This document shows, piece by piece, positions 26,581 through 36,986 of a DNA stretch of 64,000 bases (its first letter is position 1; each line of letters begins with the position of its first letter). The position numbers and the translations under genes were made by a program. The notes below the pieces were generated by a model. The model had not been told where the DNA came from. It did no database searches and saw only the letters and a program-made list of their open reading frames with translations. The DNA lies in assembly GCA_041659225.1 (NCBI GenBank), contig JBAZYR010000006.1, positions 1,541 to 65,540 on the forward strand. Direction: 5' to 3'. This DNA is from Candidatus Staskawiczbacteria bacterium (GTDB taxonomy: Bacteria; Patescibacteriota; Minisyncoccia; Minisyncoccales; Staskawiczbacteraceae).

Positions 26581-27624
26581 ATGAATGATCAAAGACAAAT
26601 ATTAGATATATCATGGGAGACAATTTTAAAGGTTTGTTTGGCCGGCTCCATTTTTTATCTGTTGTATCTTATACGTGACGTTGTTATTTGGTTTCTTTTT
26701 GCATTGATAATTTCTGTCCTGTTTGAACCCGCAATAAACTTTTTGAGGCGCCTTCGGGTCCCCAAAGTTCTAGCGGTCGTTTTTATTTACTTGTTTGTTT
26801 TCGGAATATTAGGAATGATGATCTATCTGTCAGCTCCATTGTTTATTACAGAAATTCGGGATTTTGTCCGCATCGCCCCGGATTATTTCGATAAAGTCAG
26901 TCCAATATTTGATAGTTTAAAGATAGAGTCGCTTCAAAGTTTGAATAATTTTACTCAGGGAGTAACGGGCGGGCTAGAGAATGTTTCTTCTAATATCTTC
27001 AACGCGCTAGCTGCTTTTTTCGGCGGTCTTGCTTCAGCATTTTTTATTCTATCGCTATCCTTCTTTCTTTCTTTGGAAGACAGAAGCGTAGAAAAGTTTT
27101 TATTACTTATCGCTCCGAAGAAATACGAATCTTACGTCCTTACTATTTTTGAAAAAAGCCAAGCCAAGGTGAGCGGTTGGTTCGGCGCTCGGGTCATCGC
27201 ATGCTTATTCGTTGCGATCGCTTCCTTCGCTGTATTTTATTTCTTCGGGATACAGTATTCCTTTATTCTGGCTTTTTTGGCCGGTGTTTTAAACTTTGTG
27301 CCATTTATCGGGGCACTGATTGTGGGCATACTATTAGTTGTTTTAATCGGCATATCCGATTCGTTAATGAAAGCATTAATAATACTTGGATTATTTGCCA
27401 TCATACAGCAACTTGAGAATCAAATTATTTCCCCAGTTTTAACCAAAAAGTTTATAGGATTACCTCCAGTTTTAGTTTTATTGTCTTTGGTGGCTGGCGG
27501 AATGGTCTTCGGATTTTTGGGCGCAGTTTTTGCCGTCCCAGTTTTTGGTATTCTGTACGAGTTTATAAAAGAGTTTTTAGAGAAGAGAAAGGAGGATGAA
27601 GTAGATTTGAATATAATAAGCTAG
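26581..27624 (+). CDS. AI-2E family transporter (PerM/UPF0118)
   Basis: 347 aa polytopic protein with an NFVPFIGA-type motif (LNFVPFIGALIV). Confidence 0.75.
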   Translation: MNDQRQILDISWETILKVCLAGSIFYLLYLIRDVVIWFLFALIISVLFEPAINFLRRLRVPKVLAVVFIYLFVFGILGMMIYLSAPLFITEIRDFVRIAPDYFDKVSPIFDSLKIESLQSLNNFTQGVTGGLENVSSNIFNALAAFFGGLASAFFILSLSFFLSLEDRSVEKFLLLIAPKKYESYVLTIFEKSQAKVSGWFGARVIACLFVAIASFAVFYFFGIQYSFILAFLAGVLNFVPFIGALIVGILLVVLIGISDSLMKALIILGLFAIIQQLENQIISPVLTKKFIGLPPVLVLLSLVAGGMVFGFLGAVFAVPVFGILYEFIKEFLEKRKEDEVDLNIIS

Positions 27625-28082
27625 GATGTTAAAATAGCAAAGCTTATCATTACGGTTAAAACCTGAGTCGCCACTCTCTCAAAGTGAGAGATTTTTTTTT
27701 CTTCTAAAAAATGTAGCCGTTTGTGGAATTTATAGTGGGTTTTTAATAATTTATTTTTTGGGAATATAATTCCAAGTACAGTAAGAATATCCGGTAGTAT
27801 TCCGATGAACGCTCCGATAAATAGAATATAATGTGGGGTGGGCGTGAACTCTCCGATGAATAGAACTAGAAATGTTCCGATAGCTAAGTCTGCCGCCACC
27901 CGCCCAAAATCAGGAGTGGTTTTTTTCCAGTTTCCCTTTTTAATATTACTGATGGAGTATTCTGTATGCGGGATCATGTCCAAGAGATAGTGTCCGATAA
28001 CGATTAAAATTACTGCTAACGGTAAAAAAGGTATTTTCGCCGCGATAACTGCGCTGAAGAATAAATGAGGTATTAATATCAT
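27621..28082 (-). CDS. Hypothetical membrane protein
   Basis: 153 aa, 4 hydrophobic segments, His-rich loops. Confidence 0.5.
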   Translation of the reverse strand: MILIPHLFFSAVIAAKIPFLPLAVILIVIGHYLLDMIPHTEYSISNIKKGNWKKTTPDFGRVAADLAIGTFLVLFIGEFTPTPHYILFIGAFIGILPDILTVLGIIFPKNKLLKTHYKFHKRLHFLEEKKISHFERVATQVLTVMISFAILTS

Positions 28083-28124
28083 GGAAATTTAGATACAAAA
28101 ATGCTATCGTGAGATAATTATACT

Positions 28125-29597
28125 ATGTTTAAAAGAAATAAGAAATTCTATATCACCACCAGTATCCCCTATACAAATGCGCTTCCGCACATTGGTTTTG
28201 CGCTAGAAGCTGTCCAGGCCGATGTTTTGGCGAGATATCACCGATTACAAAAAGACGACACTTTTTTTCTCACCGGGACTGACGAACACGGCATAAAAAC
28301 AGCCAGGGCGGCTAAAGTGGCAGGAAAAGATCCGCAGGAATTCGCTGATGAAATTTCCGGGAGGTTTCTGGAGTTAACAAAGGCTTTGAATATCTCCAAC
28401 GATGATTTTATAAGAACGACAGACGAGACTAGGCATCGGCCCGCAGTAGAAAAAGTTTGGAAGAAACTGCAAGAAAGTGGTGATATTTATAAAAAGAATT
28501 ATAAAGGATTCTATTGCGCTGGATGCGAAGCTTTCATCCCAGAGAAAGATTTAGTTGAAGGCAAATGTTCTATACACCAAAAGGAGTTGGAGGTAGTCGA
28601 GGAAGAAAACTATTTTTTTAAACTTTCAAAGTATACTGAGAGGATTGAGAAATTGATAAAGGACGACAAGCTCAAAATTATTCCAGAAACAAGAAAAAAT
28701 GAAACCCTCTCGATGCTTAAACAAGGAATGGAGGACGTTAGTTTTTCCAGAACGAAAGATAAGTATTGGGGTTTTCCAGTTCCAGGAGATTCTTCCCAGA
28801 TTATTTATGTATGGTGCGACGCGCTCCCCAACTATATCTCCGCCATAGGGTATTATGAGGAGACTGAACAATTCAAAAAATATTGGCCTGCAGATGCTCA
28901 TTGTATTGGTAAGGACATAATGAAATTTCATACTATATTCTGGCCAGCAATGCTTTTATCTTTAGGCCTCGAATTACCCAAAATAATATTTGTCCACGGT
29001 TTTGTTACCGTTGATAATCAGAAGATGTCAAAAAGCTTGGGCAATGTTATCGATCCGTTCAGTTTAATAGAGAAATATGGGGTTGACGCAGTAAGATATT
29101 ATCTTTTGAAGGAAATCCTTCCGGGAGATGATGGAGACTTCACATACCAAAAGTTCGAGGAAAGATATAACGCAGATTTAGTTAGTGGCATCGGGAATTT
29201 AGTAGCCCGCGTGCTTGCTATAGCCGAAAACATAGAGATAAAAGGGCTGCATACTGATTCTGAATTTAAAAAAGAGATCGAAAAGACTGAAGAAGTTTTT
29301 AAAGAGCTCTTACTAAATTTTAGATTTAATGAGGCGGTAAAAGCAGTCTGGGATCTCATAAGCTTTTGCGATAAGTATATAGAGAAGAATAAGCCATGGG
29401 AAACAAAAGACCCGCAGGTTATATATAATCTGTTAGTTTGTTTGGCGCACATCGCGCAGTTGTTGAAGCCAATTTTACCCGAGACAGCCGAGAGGATTTC
29501 GCAGCAGCTTGGCGTCGGAGATTTAGAAAAGAAAACCGTAAGGTTCGAGGTTAAGAGGGGGGATATGCTATTTAAGAGGATATGTCTAAATAAATAG
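28125..29597 (+). CDS. metG: Methionine--tRNA ligase
   Basis: YITTSIPYTNALPHIGFALE (HIGH region) and KMSKSLGNVI. Confidence 0.95.
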   Translation: MFKRNKKFYITTSIPYTNALPHIGFALEAVQADVLARYHRLQKDDTFFLTGTDEHGIKTARAAKVAGKDPQEFADEISGRFLELTKALNISNDDFIRTTDETRHRPAVEKVWKKLQESGDIYKKNYKGFYCAGCEAFIPEKDLVEGKCSIHQKELEVVEEENYFFKLSKYTERIEKLIKDDKLKIIPETRKNETLSMLKQGMEDVSFSRTKDKYWGFPVPGDSSQIIYVWCDALPNYISAIGYYEETEQFKKYWPADAHCIGKDIMKFHTIFWPAMLLSLGLELPKIIFVHGFVTVDNQKMSKSLGNVIDPFSLIEKYGVDAVRYYLLKEILPGDDGDFTYQKFEERYNADLVSGIGNLVARVLAIAENIEIKGLHTDSEFKKEIEKTEEVFKELLLNFRFNEAVKAVWDLISFCDKYIEKNKPWETKDPQVIYNLLVCLAHIAQLLKPILPETAERISQQLGVGDLEKKTVRFEVKRGDMLFKRICLNK

Positions 29598-29616
29598 CCG
29601 GAAAATAGCTGGTTTA

Positions 29617-29643
29617 AAAGACGCGGCAACCCCGCGTTTTTTA
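29617..29643 (+). terminator. metG terminator
   Basis: ACGCGG-CAACC-CCGCGT followed by T6. Confidence 0.7.
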
Positions 29644-29658
29644 TTGGGGCGTCTGCTA

Positions 29659-29687
29659 TTGACAAAATAGTGATTTTGTAATATAGT
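29659..29687 (+). promoter_or_regulatory. Promoter of cryptic cassette C
   Basis: TTGACA (29659-64), 17 nt spacer, TATAGT (29682-87). Confidence 0.5.
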
Positions 29688-29718
29688 AATAATACTCGCC
29701 GATTTCAGAAAGGTCTAT

Positions 29719-29808
29719 ATGAACTGGAGAGCCGAAATCGAGTACTGGGTTGAACGGGAGAAAAGAATTGTCATTCTGACCATCATAGCGTATATGTCCT
29801 TGCTCTAA
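29719..29808 (+). CDS. Small ORF C1, 29 aa, with a hydrophobic C-terminus (not in the ORF track)
   Basis: SD-like AGAAAGG 5 nt before the ATG. MNWRAEIEYWVEREKRIVILTIIAYMSLL-stop. Confidence 0.3.
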   Translation: MNWRAEIEYWVEREKRIVILTIIAYMSLL

Positions 29809-29833
29809 CAGGCAATGGCAAGAGAGGTGGCAG

Positions 29834-30004
29834 ATGGACGAGCCGACAGATGTTATCCCGCCAGATATAAGGTGGGGTAAAGTAGCCAGGGCGGAAGGGA
29901 GGATCGTAGTAAGGTTTTACGAAGAACATGACGCCGAAGTCAGGAAAGCCGTAGAGGACGGCCTTCTCGCTGAGCTTGACCGCTTAGCCGACGAAATGTT
30001 CTGA
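29834..30004 (+). CDS. Small ORF C2, 56 aa, acidic (not in the ORF track)
   Basis: SD AGAGAGG 6-7 nt before the ATG. MDEPTDVIPPDIRWGKVARAEGRIVVRFYEEHDAEVRKAVEDGLLAELDRLADEMF-stop. GC-rich relative to its flanks. Confidence 0.4.
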   Translation: MDEPTDVIPPDIRWGKVARAEGRIVVRFYEEHDAEVRKAVEDGLLAELDRLADEMF

Positions 30005-30026
30005 TACCTGCTACGAGTTACTTCAA

Positions 30027-30063
30027 GGCGCTTCCAAGAGTCGCGGGAGCGCCCCTTTTTTTA
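30027..30063 (+). terminator. Terminator of cassette C
   Basis: GGCGCTTCC-AAGAGTCGC-GGGAGCGCC (9 bp, one G:U), then CC and T7. Confidence 0.65.
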
Positions 30064-30108
30064 TAACGCCGCCTTTTTCTTTATCTTAAAAATTGATAGT
30101 ATACAAAT

Positions 30109-30930
30109 ATGTTAATAGACAGTCACGCACACTTAAACTTTAATGCCTACGGCAAAGACTTGGAGGATGTGATAAGCCGGACCTTGAAGGAAGGTGTCTG
30201 GTCTCTTAATGTCGGTTCAAAATATGAAACCAGCCAGAAGGCAATTGAAATTGCAGAAAGATACGAAGAGGGCGTTTATGCTGTTATAGGGCTGCATCCT
30301 ATTCATGCAACACCGGGATTGATGAAAATTAAGACTGATGTAGAAGAGGGCAATTTTAAAACAGAAGGAGAGGATTTTAACTTTGATAGATATGAAGAAT
30401 TGGCTAAATCTAAGAAGGTCGTAGCGATAGGCGAAATCGGCCTGGATTACTATTATCGGCCTAAAACCAAAACAAAAGTTAGCTTGTTTAAAGAAAAGCA
30501 AAAAGAAGTTTTTATCAAACAACTCGAGCTAGCTAAGAAGCTAGATATGCCGGTCGCCATACACTGTAGGATGGCTCACGGGGATGTTATAGAAATACTG
30601 GGAAAATATGCGGGTTTGAAGGGAGTTATCCATTGCTTTACCGGAAGTTTGGAGGAAGCCCAAAAATACATAGCCATGGGGTTCCACATCGGCCTCAACG
30701 GAATCATTTTTAAACTCAACCTAGATGAAGTTATCCGGCAAATCCCATTAGGAAGAATTTTACTTGAAACCGATTGTCCGTATCTCACTCCGCCGCAAGC
30801 AGGCGCAGAAAGGAATGAGCCGATTTTCGTTAAATTTGTTGCCCAAAGAATAGCCGAATTAAGGGGCATTAACTATGAAGAGGTAGCGCAAGCAACTGCT
30901 CAGAATACAAGAAATTTATTCAAAATTTAG
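30109..30930 (+). CDS. tatD: TatD family metal-dependent hydrolase
   Basis: MLIDSHAHLN...GEIGLDYYY...HCR...IHCFTG...LLETDCPYL. Confidence 0.9.
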   Translation: MLIDSHAHLNFNAYGKDLEDVISRTLKEGVWSLNVGSKYETSQKAIEIAERYEEGVYAVIGLHPIHATPGLMKIKTDVEEGNFKTEGEDFNFDRYEELAKSKKVVAIGEIGLDYYYRPKTKTKVSLFKEKQKEVFIKQLELAKKLDMPVAIHCRMAHGDVIEILGKYAGLKGVIHCFTGSLEEAQKYIAMGFHIGLNGIIFKLNLDEVIRQIPLGRILLETDCPYLTPPQAGAERNEPIFVKFVAQRIAELRGINYEEVAQATAQNTRNLFKI

Positions 30931-30938
30931 TTATTTCT

Positions 30939-30962
30939 AGCAGCTAGATTGGCTGCTTTTTT
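30939..30962 (+). terminator. tatD terminator
   Basis: AGCAGC-TAGATTG-GCTGCT followed by T6. Confidence 0.65.
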
Positions 30963-31024
30963 GTTTGCAAAACAATCTTTTTTTTAGCAAAAAGGTGTGG
31001 TAATATAAGGAATCGTCAAATACT

Positions 31025-33427
31025 ATGGAAAAGTATAATCCGTCCAAAATTGAGAAGAAATGGCAGAATTTTTGGCTCAAAAAAGGCTTTTATCAAGCGA
31101 AGGATTTTTCGAAAAAACCAAAGTTTTACACTCTCATTGAATTCCCCTATCCGTCAGGCGACGGTCTTCATGTTGGCCACGCTCGTAGCTACTCTGCGTT
31201 AGATGCTGTTGTTCGTAAAAAGCGCATGCAGGGATTTAATGTTCTCTATCCCATCGGCTGGGATGCTTTTGGTCTGCCTGCTGAGAACTATGCTATTAAA
31301 ACAGGAGTTCATCCCAGTATTACTGTAAAGAAGAATATAAATAACTTCAGGCGCCAAATGAGAAGCTTGGGATTGTCATTTGATTGGAAAAGGGAAGTAA
31401 ATACCACAGACCCCAAATACTATAAATGGACGCAATGGATATTTTTAAAGCTATTCGAGAACGGTTTAGCCTACAAATCTAAGATGCCAATCAACTGGTG
31501 CCCCTCGTGTAAAATTGGATTGGCTAACGAAGAAGTAGTCGGCGGCAAGTGTGAAAGATGCGGAACAGTTACCGAACAGAAAGAGAAAGAGCAGTGGATG
31601 CTGAAAATCACGAAATATGCCGATAGGTTGATAGACGATCTCGGCAACGTCGATTACTTAGATAGGATTAAAACTCAGCAGATCAATTGGATAGGAAAAA
31701 GTTTTGGGACAGAGGTTGATTTTAAACTTGAGCAGCTGGATAAAAAAATAACGGTATTTACAACGAGAATCGATACAATTTTCGGCGTAACTGCTGTGGT
31801 TCTTGCACCAGAGCATGCTTTGGTCCGAGAGGTTACGACGGAAGAGAAAACAGCAGAAGTTCAGGAATATATAAAGATATCGAAGCAGAAAAGTGAGTTT
31901 GAAAGAACAAAATTGGAAAAAGAGAAAACAGGTGTTTTCACCGGTTCTTATTGTATAAACCCTTTGAATAACGAAAGAGTACAGATTTGGGTGGGAGACT
32001 ATGTCGTGGCTACTTACGGTGGCGGAGCTGTGATGATGGTTCCTGCGCATGACGTCAGGGATTATGAGTTTGCCAAGAGGTACAACCTCGCAATTAAGGA
32101 AGTTGTTTCCGGCAACAGCGATATCGGAAAGCAAGCATTCGTCGAATGTGGCAAGCTGATAAACTCAGGGGAATTTACTGGTTTGCCTTCCAAAGAAGCG
32201 ATAAATAAAATTACCCAATTGTTAGAGGAAAAAAAGTTGGGTAAAAAAACTATACAATACAAACTCCGCGATTGGGTTTTTTCTAGGCAGCACTATTGGG
32301 GCGAACCCATCCCGATAATTTACTGTTCTAAATGCGGTATAGTTCCCGTATCCGAGAAGGATTTACCTGTTAAACTTCCTTTTGTAAAGAAATATGAACC
32401 AACAGGTACGGGAGAGTCTCCTTTGGGGGCCATTTCAAAATGGGTGAATGTAAAATGTCCGAAGTGCAAGTCTCCAGCCAAAAGAGAAACAGACACAATG
32501 CCCAATTGGGCTGGATCATCCTGGTATTTTATCCGTTACATTGATCCAAAGAACAGCAAAAATTTAGCTGATTTGAGGAAATTAAAATACTGGATGCCAG
32601 TTGATTGGTATAACGGAGGGATGGAGCATACAACTCTGCATCTTTTGTATTCTCGTTTCTGGCATAAATTCCTTTATGATATTGGCGTTGTGCCGCAGCC
32701 AGAACCCTATGCTAAAAGAACTTCACACGGGATAGTTTTAGCTGAAGACGGGCGCAAGATGTCCAAGTCATGGGGGAACGTGATAAACCCTGACGACGTA
32801 GTCCGAGAGCATGGCGCAGACACCCTTCGAGTTTACGAAATGTTTATGGGTCCATTTGATCAAATGATTGCCTGGGATACCAAAGGAATGATAGGAGTTA
32901 GAAGATTTTTGGAAAGGATGTGGAATTTAACCTTGGCTTGTGTTAATAATAAAAAGTCAGATAAAGAGATGCTGTCTGCCTTTAATAAACTAGTGAAGAA
33001 GGTGAGTGAAGATTTAGACTCGGCAAAGTTCAACACAGCTATCGCTTCCTTTATGGAGTTTTCTAATTTAATGAGTGCGAATCAAGGTAAAGTCGGAAAG
33101 GATATTATAGAAAAGCTATTAATTTTATTTGCCCCGTTCGCTCCGCATATCACTGAAGAACTCTGGCGAAAGATCGGTAAGAAAACTAGCGTACATCTTC
33201 AGAAATGGGTGGGATATAGTGAAGAATTAATTCAAGGGGAAAAGATTACCTTATTGGTCCAGATTAATAGTAAATTACGTGATAAAATAGAGGTTGTGCC
33301 AGGCGTTGGCCAAAAGGAGATTGAGGCTATGGTATTAGGAAACGGCAAAATTAAAAAATGGCTGGAAGGCAAAGAAGTAAAAAAAATAATCTTTGTTCCG
33401 AACAAACTAATTAATATTGTACTATGA
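31025..33427 (+). CDS. leuS: Leucine--tRNA ligase
   Basis: FPYPSGDGLHVGHARSY (HIGH) and KMSKSWGNVI. 800 aa. Confidence 0.95.
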   Translation: MEKYNPSKIEKKWQNFWLKKGFYQAKDFSKKPKFYTLIEFPYPSGDGLHVGHARSYSALDAVVRKKRMQGFNVLYPIGWDAFGLPAENYAIKTGVHPSITVKKNINNFRRQMRSLGLSFDWKREVNTTDPKYYKWTQWIFLKLFENGLAYKSKMPINWCPSCKIGLANEEVVGGKCERCGTVTEQKEKEQWMLKITKYADRLIDDLGNVDYLDRIKTQQINWIGKSFGTEVDFKLEQLDKKITVFTTRIDTIFGVTAVVLAPEHALVREVTTEEKTAEVQEYIKISKQKSEFERTKLEKEKTGVFTGSYCINPLNNERVQIWVGDYVVATYGGGAVMMVPAHDVRDYEFAKRYNLAIKEVVSGNSDIGKQAFVECGKLINSGEFTGLPSKEAINKITQLLEEKKLGKKTIQYKLRDWVFSRQHYWGEPIPIIYCSKCGIVPVSEKDLPVKLPFVKKYEPTGTGESPLGAISKWVNVKCPKCKSPAKRETDTMPNWAGSSWYFIRYIDPKNSKNLADLRKLKYWMPVDWYNGGMEHTTLHLLYSRFWHKFLYDIGVVPQPEPYAKRTSHGIVLAEDGRKMSKSWGNVINPDDVVREHGADTLRVYEMFMGPFDQMIAWDTKGMIGVRRFLERMWNLTLACVNNKKSDKEMLSAFNKLVKKVSEDLDSAKFNTAIASFMEFSNLMSANQGKVGKDIIEKLLILFAPFAPHITEELWRKIGKKTSVHLQKWVGYSEELIQGEKITLLVQINSKLRDKIEVVPGVGQKEIEAMVLGNGKIKKWLEGKEVKKIIFVPNKLINIVL

Positions 33428-35052
33428 AACTCGACCAGAAAATTTTGTTAGGCAACGAAGCGATAGTCCAGGGCGCCTTAGAAGCAGGGGTTAATTTTGT
33501 TTCCACTTATCCTGGAACGCCAAGCTCTGAAATTGGGAACGTATTTTCAAGACTTGCCAAAAAGAATAACGTATACTTTGAATTTTCCACCAATGAAAAA
33601 GTCGCCCTAGAAGCATCAATCGGCGCGAGTTTTTCAGGATTGAAAACATTAGTAGCAATGAAAAATTTCGGAGTAAATGTCTGCTCTGACTCCCTTATAC
33701 CACTTATGTATACAGGAACAGTCGGGCCAATGGTAATTATAGTCGGAGACGACCCCTCTTGCTGGAGTTCAGCGCAAAGTGAAGAAAACTCTCGTGGTTT
33801 TGCATATTTAGGGCACATTCCAATATTAGAACCGTCAGATCCTCAGGAATGCAAGGACTTTACCAAGCTAGCTTACGAAATATCCGAGAGATTCAAGTTG
33901 CCAGTTATATTACGGACTACGACAAGAGTCGCCCATCAAAGAATGCCGGTTGCGATAGAGCCATTAAATCCTAGGCCGCTATTGAAGGGCAGGTTTGTAA
34001 AGAATTCCCATCAGTTTATTACAATGCCTCCGAGGGTTTTAGAAATGAAAAAAGAGCTGTTAGAAAAGATTGAAAAAATTAGGCAGTTTTCCGATAAACC
34101 TTCGATTAACAAAATATATGGTAGTGTGAAATCCGCCAAGTTAGGAATTATCACCTCCGGTATTTCTTATCTTCACGCCAAAGAGGCTTTAACTGAATTA
34201 GGATTAGAATTGCCGATTCTAAAATTAGATTTCTTTTATCCTTTGTCAGAAAAGAAGATAAACGGATTCATTAGGAATCTTAAAAAAGTTTTAGTTGTAG
34301 AGGAATTAGAAGGATTTTTAGAAAAAGAAATAGCAGGTTTGGCCAAGAATAATAACCCAAAACTGGAAATTTTTGGAAAAAATGTTCTGTCAGAAATTGG
34401 CGAGCTCGGCCCGCAAAAAATCGCAACGGCATTAGCGAAAATTTTAGGTAAAAAGATAAAGGTCCAAAATATTAAGCCGGATATTCCGAAAAGATTCCCT
34501 AAGCCGTGTTTGGGCTGTCCGCATATTTTTACTTTTTCTATTCTAAAGAAAATGTCTTCAGAGAATATAGTTTTTGGGGGCGATATAGGCTGTTATATGC
34601 TCGCTGGCGTTCCGCCGTTTGAAGTTCAGGATTATCTTTTTTCAATGGGATCTTCAACTGGAGTTGCCCATGGTATTGGAAAATCCACAAATCAAAAGGT
34701 GATAACCCTAATGGGTGATTCTACTTTTTTCCATTCTGGGATACCTGCTTTAATCAATACGGTTTTTAATAAATCAGCGGTTTTAATGATCGTTTTAGAC
34801 AATAGGACAACTGCGATGACCGGGCACCAGACAAACCCTGGAATTGGTAAGACTGGCATGGATGAAGCAACAACAGAATTAAAGCCCGAAGATATAGCTA
34901 GGGCCTGCGGGGTTAAAAATATTAAAGTGATTGATCCTGTCAATATCCAGGAATACGAAGCAGTTATTAAAGAGTTTCTAGCCAAAGATGAGCCGTCTCT
35001 AATCGTTGCTCGGCGAATCTGCGTTTTATTAGCTCAAAGACAGGTTAAATAA
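33424..35052 (+). CDS. iorA: Indolepyruvate:ferredoxin oxidoreductase alpha subunit-like (TPP enzyme)
   Basis: LLGNEAIVQGALEAGVNFVSTYPGTPSSEI and GDSTFFHSG (TPP motif). At 542 aa it appears to lack the usual ferredoxin-type Cys clusters. Confidence 0.75.
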   Translation: MKLDQKILLGNEAIVQGALEAGVNFVSTYPGTPSSEIGNVFSRLAKKNNVYFEFSTNEKVALEASIGASFSGLKTLVAMKNFGVNVCSDSLIPLMYTGTVGPMVIIVGDDPSCWSSAQSEENSRGFAYLGHIPILEPSDPQECKDFTKLAYEISERFKLPVILRTTTRVAHQRMPVAIEPLNPRPLLKGRFVKNSHQFITMPPRVLEMKKELLEKIEKIRQFSDKPSINKIYGSVKSAKLGIITSGISYLHAKEALTELGLELPILKLDFFYPLSEKKINGFIRNLKKVLVVEELEGFLEKEIAGLAKNNNPKLEIFGKNVLSEIGELGPQKIATALAKILGKKIKVQNIKPDIPKRFPKPCLGCPHIFTFSILKKMSSENIVFGGDIGCYMLAGVPPFEVQDYLFSMGSSTGVAHGIGKSTNQKVITLMGDSTFFHSGIPALINTVFNKSAVLMIVLDNRTTAMTGHQTNPGIGKTGMDEATTELKPEDIARACGVKNIKVIDPVNIQEYEAVIKEFLAKDEPSLIVARRICVLLAQRQVK

Positions 35053-35056
35053 AATT

Positions 35057-35629
35057 ATGAATAACGCATTCAATATTGTAATCGCAGGCGTTGGCGGGCA
35101 AGGACTAATAACCTTAACTCAAATTTTGGCTGAAGCCGCTTTAAGCGAAGGATATGATGTAAAAACCTCTGAATTGCACGGCATTGCTCAAAGAGGCGGT
35201 AGTATAGAGACATATATTAAATTTGGCAAAAAAGTGTATAGCCCCTTAGTTGATCCGGGCAAAGCAGATTTAATTATCAGCTTAGAGCTTCAGGAAGGAT
35301 TGAGAAAGATAGGGTTTTCTAATCCCAAAACGATTTTTGTAGTTAATGATAGTTTCATCCCCTATCACGGCGGGCTGGAAGAAGAAGAGGTTAAAGGAAA
35401 GCTCAGTACGTTGTTAAAAAAGCGGTTGCATTTAGTTCCCGCCTCTCTGGTTTGTAAGAAAGAATTAGACAACGAGGTGGTAAGCGGAATTTATCTTTTG
35501 GGATTCTGCGTTTTCCGGAATCTCATTCCTTTAAAACCTGAATCTGTATTGAAAGCTATAGAGAAGAACGTCCCGGCTAAACATTTAGAAATAAACAGAC
35601 AGTCGTGTCATTTAGCTAAAAATGGTTAA
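35057..35629 (+). CDS. iorB: Indolepyruvate oxidoreductase beta subunit-like
   Basis: IAGVGGQGLITLTQILAEAA...HGIAQRGGS. Confidence 0.75.
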   Translation: MNNAFNIVIAGVGGQGLITLTQILAEAALSEGYDVKTSELHGIAQRGGSIETYIKFGKKVYSPLVDPGKADLIISLELQEGLRKIGFSNPKTIFVVNDSFIPYHGGLEEEEVKGKLSTLLKKRLHLVPASLVCKKELDNEVVSGIYLLGFCVFRNLIPLKPESVLKAIEKNVPAKHLEINRQSCHLAKNG

Positions 35630-36365
35630 AAAAGTTGTGATTGCAGCTGCGGGGCAGGGAACCCGTATGCTTAATTTAACAAAGAATAAGTGTAAGCACT
35701 TAATCAAGGTTCAAAAGAAGCCTTTCTTAGAGTACGTCCTTGATAATCTTTTAAAGGCCGGATACCAGGAGTTTATTCTGGTGGTAGGATACTCTGACGA
35801 ATTAATGGAGGAGTTTATAAAAAACCACGGCTATAAAGCGACTATAGTCAACCAGTTCAAAATTCTTGGCCCGAAAGAAAAGATGTATGGCACTGCTTGT
35901 CCCTTGATGTGCGTCAAGGATATTGTCAAAAAGGAGCCGTTCCTATTTATCTGTGGAGATAATCTTTATTCTGTTAAGGATTTGAAGGCGATGAAGATTA
36001 ACGACGAATATTCTTATGTAGCGGGATTATGCCATGAAAACCCAGAGAAATATGGAGTTTTGGTTCCAGAAAATGGGTTTTTGAAGGAAATTATTGAGAA
36101 ACCCCAGAAATACGTAAGCAACCTTATCAACGCTGGGATGTATAAGTTTACTTCTGAAATATTCGATAAGCTCCCGCAGATCAAGAAGTCTCCTAGGGGA
36201 GAGTATGAAATTACCGATGTCATTACTCTTCTAGCTAAAGATAGAAAAGTTAAAATTAAAAAGATTGAAGACTACTGGCTTGATTTCGGGAATCCGGGAG
36301 ATATATTAAAACTTTCAAATTTCCTCAAGAATGGAAATAATTTCTGCAAAAAAAGAAAACCTTAG
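35622..36365 (+). CDS. Sugar-phosphate nucleotidyltransferase
   Basis: VIAAAGQGTRM (G-x-G-T-R motif), 247 aa. Confidence 0.75.
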   Translation: MVKKVVIAAAGQGTRMLNLTKNKCKHLIKVQKKPFLEYVLDNLLKAGYQEFILVVGYSDELMEEFIKNHGYKATIVNQFKILGPKEKMYGTACPLMCVKDIVKKEPFLFICGDNLYSVKDLKAMKINDEYSYVAGLCHENPEKYGVLVPENGFLKEIIEKPQKYVSNLINAGMYKFTSEIFDKLPQIKKSPRGEYEITDVITLLAKDRKVKIKKIEDYWLDFGNPGDILKLSNFLKNGNNFCKKRKP

Positions 36366-36900
36366 CATTATTTTAAAGGCTTTGAAAAATGGTAAGGTTT
36401 TGATCTTCCCTACGGATACTGTCTACGGGTTAATTTGCGATGCGACCGAAGAGAAAGCAGTTGAAAGGATATTTAAAATAAAAAAAAGAAAAAGAACGAA
36501 TCCGTTAGCAGTTTTTGTGAAAGATGTAAAAGCTGCGAAGAGAATCTCGTATATTAATAAAGAGCAGGAAGATTTTTTGAAAAAGAATTGGCCGGGAGCC
36601 GTAACGGTTATTTTAAAATCCAGGAAGAGATTATCAAAGCTCGTTTATAAAAAAGGAACAATCGGGATAAGAGTCCCCGACTATAAATTACTTAATTTAG
36701 TTTTAGAAAAGTTTAGAAGACCGATAGCCCAGACTTCAGCTAACATTTCCGGACGAGGGGCTACAGGAGAGATAGACAAAGTTTTAAAACAATTTAGTGG
36801 TAAGGACCGGCCCGATTTAGCAATAAATGCAGGAAACTTAGCCGGTAGCGATCCTTCAAAGGTTTTTATTTTTATAGATAAACCGACAAGAATAAGGTAG
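36331..36900 (+). CDS. tsaC: L-threonylcarbamoyladenylate synthase (TsaC/YwlC)
   Basis: FPTDTVYGLICDA...IGIRVPD...IAQTSANISG. Confidence 0.85.
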   Translation: MEIISAKKENLSIILKALKNGKVLIFPTDTVYGLICDATEEKAVERIFKIKKRKRTNPLAVFVKDVKAAKRISYINKEQEDFLKKNWPGAVTVILKSRKRLSKLVYKKGTIGIRVPDYKLLNLVLEKFRRPIAQTSANISGRGATGEIDKVLKQFSGKDRPDLAINAGNLAGSDPSKVFIFIDKPTRIR

Positions 36901-36986
36901 CCAGAGCATCACCGTGCTTATGGGACCGCCGTTTTATCTCGCCTCGCTATTTTGCGGGTTTTGGTTCGTTAGCTACTGATCTGATT

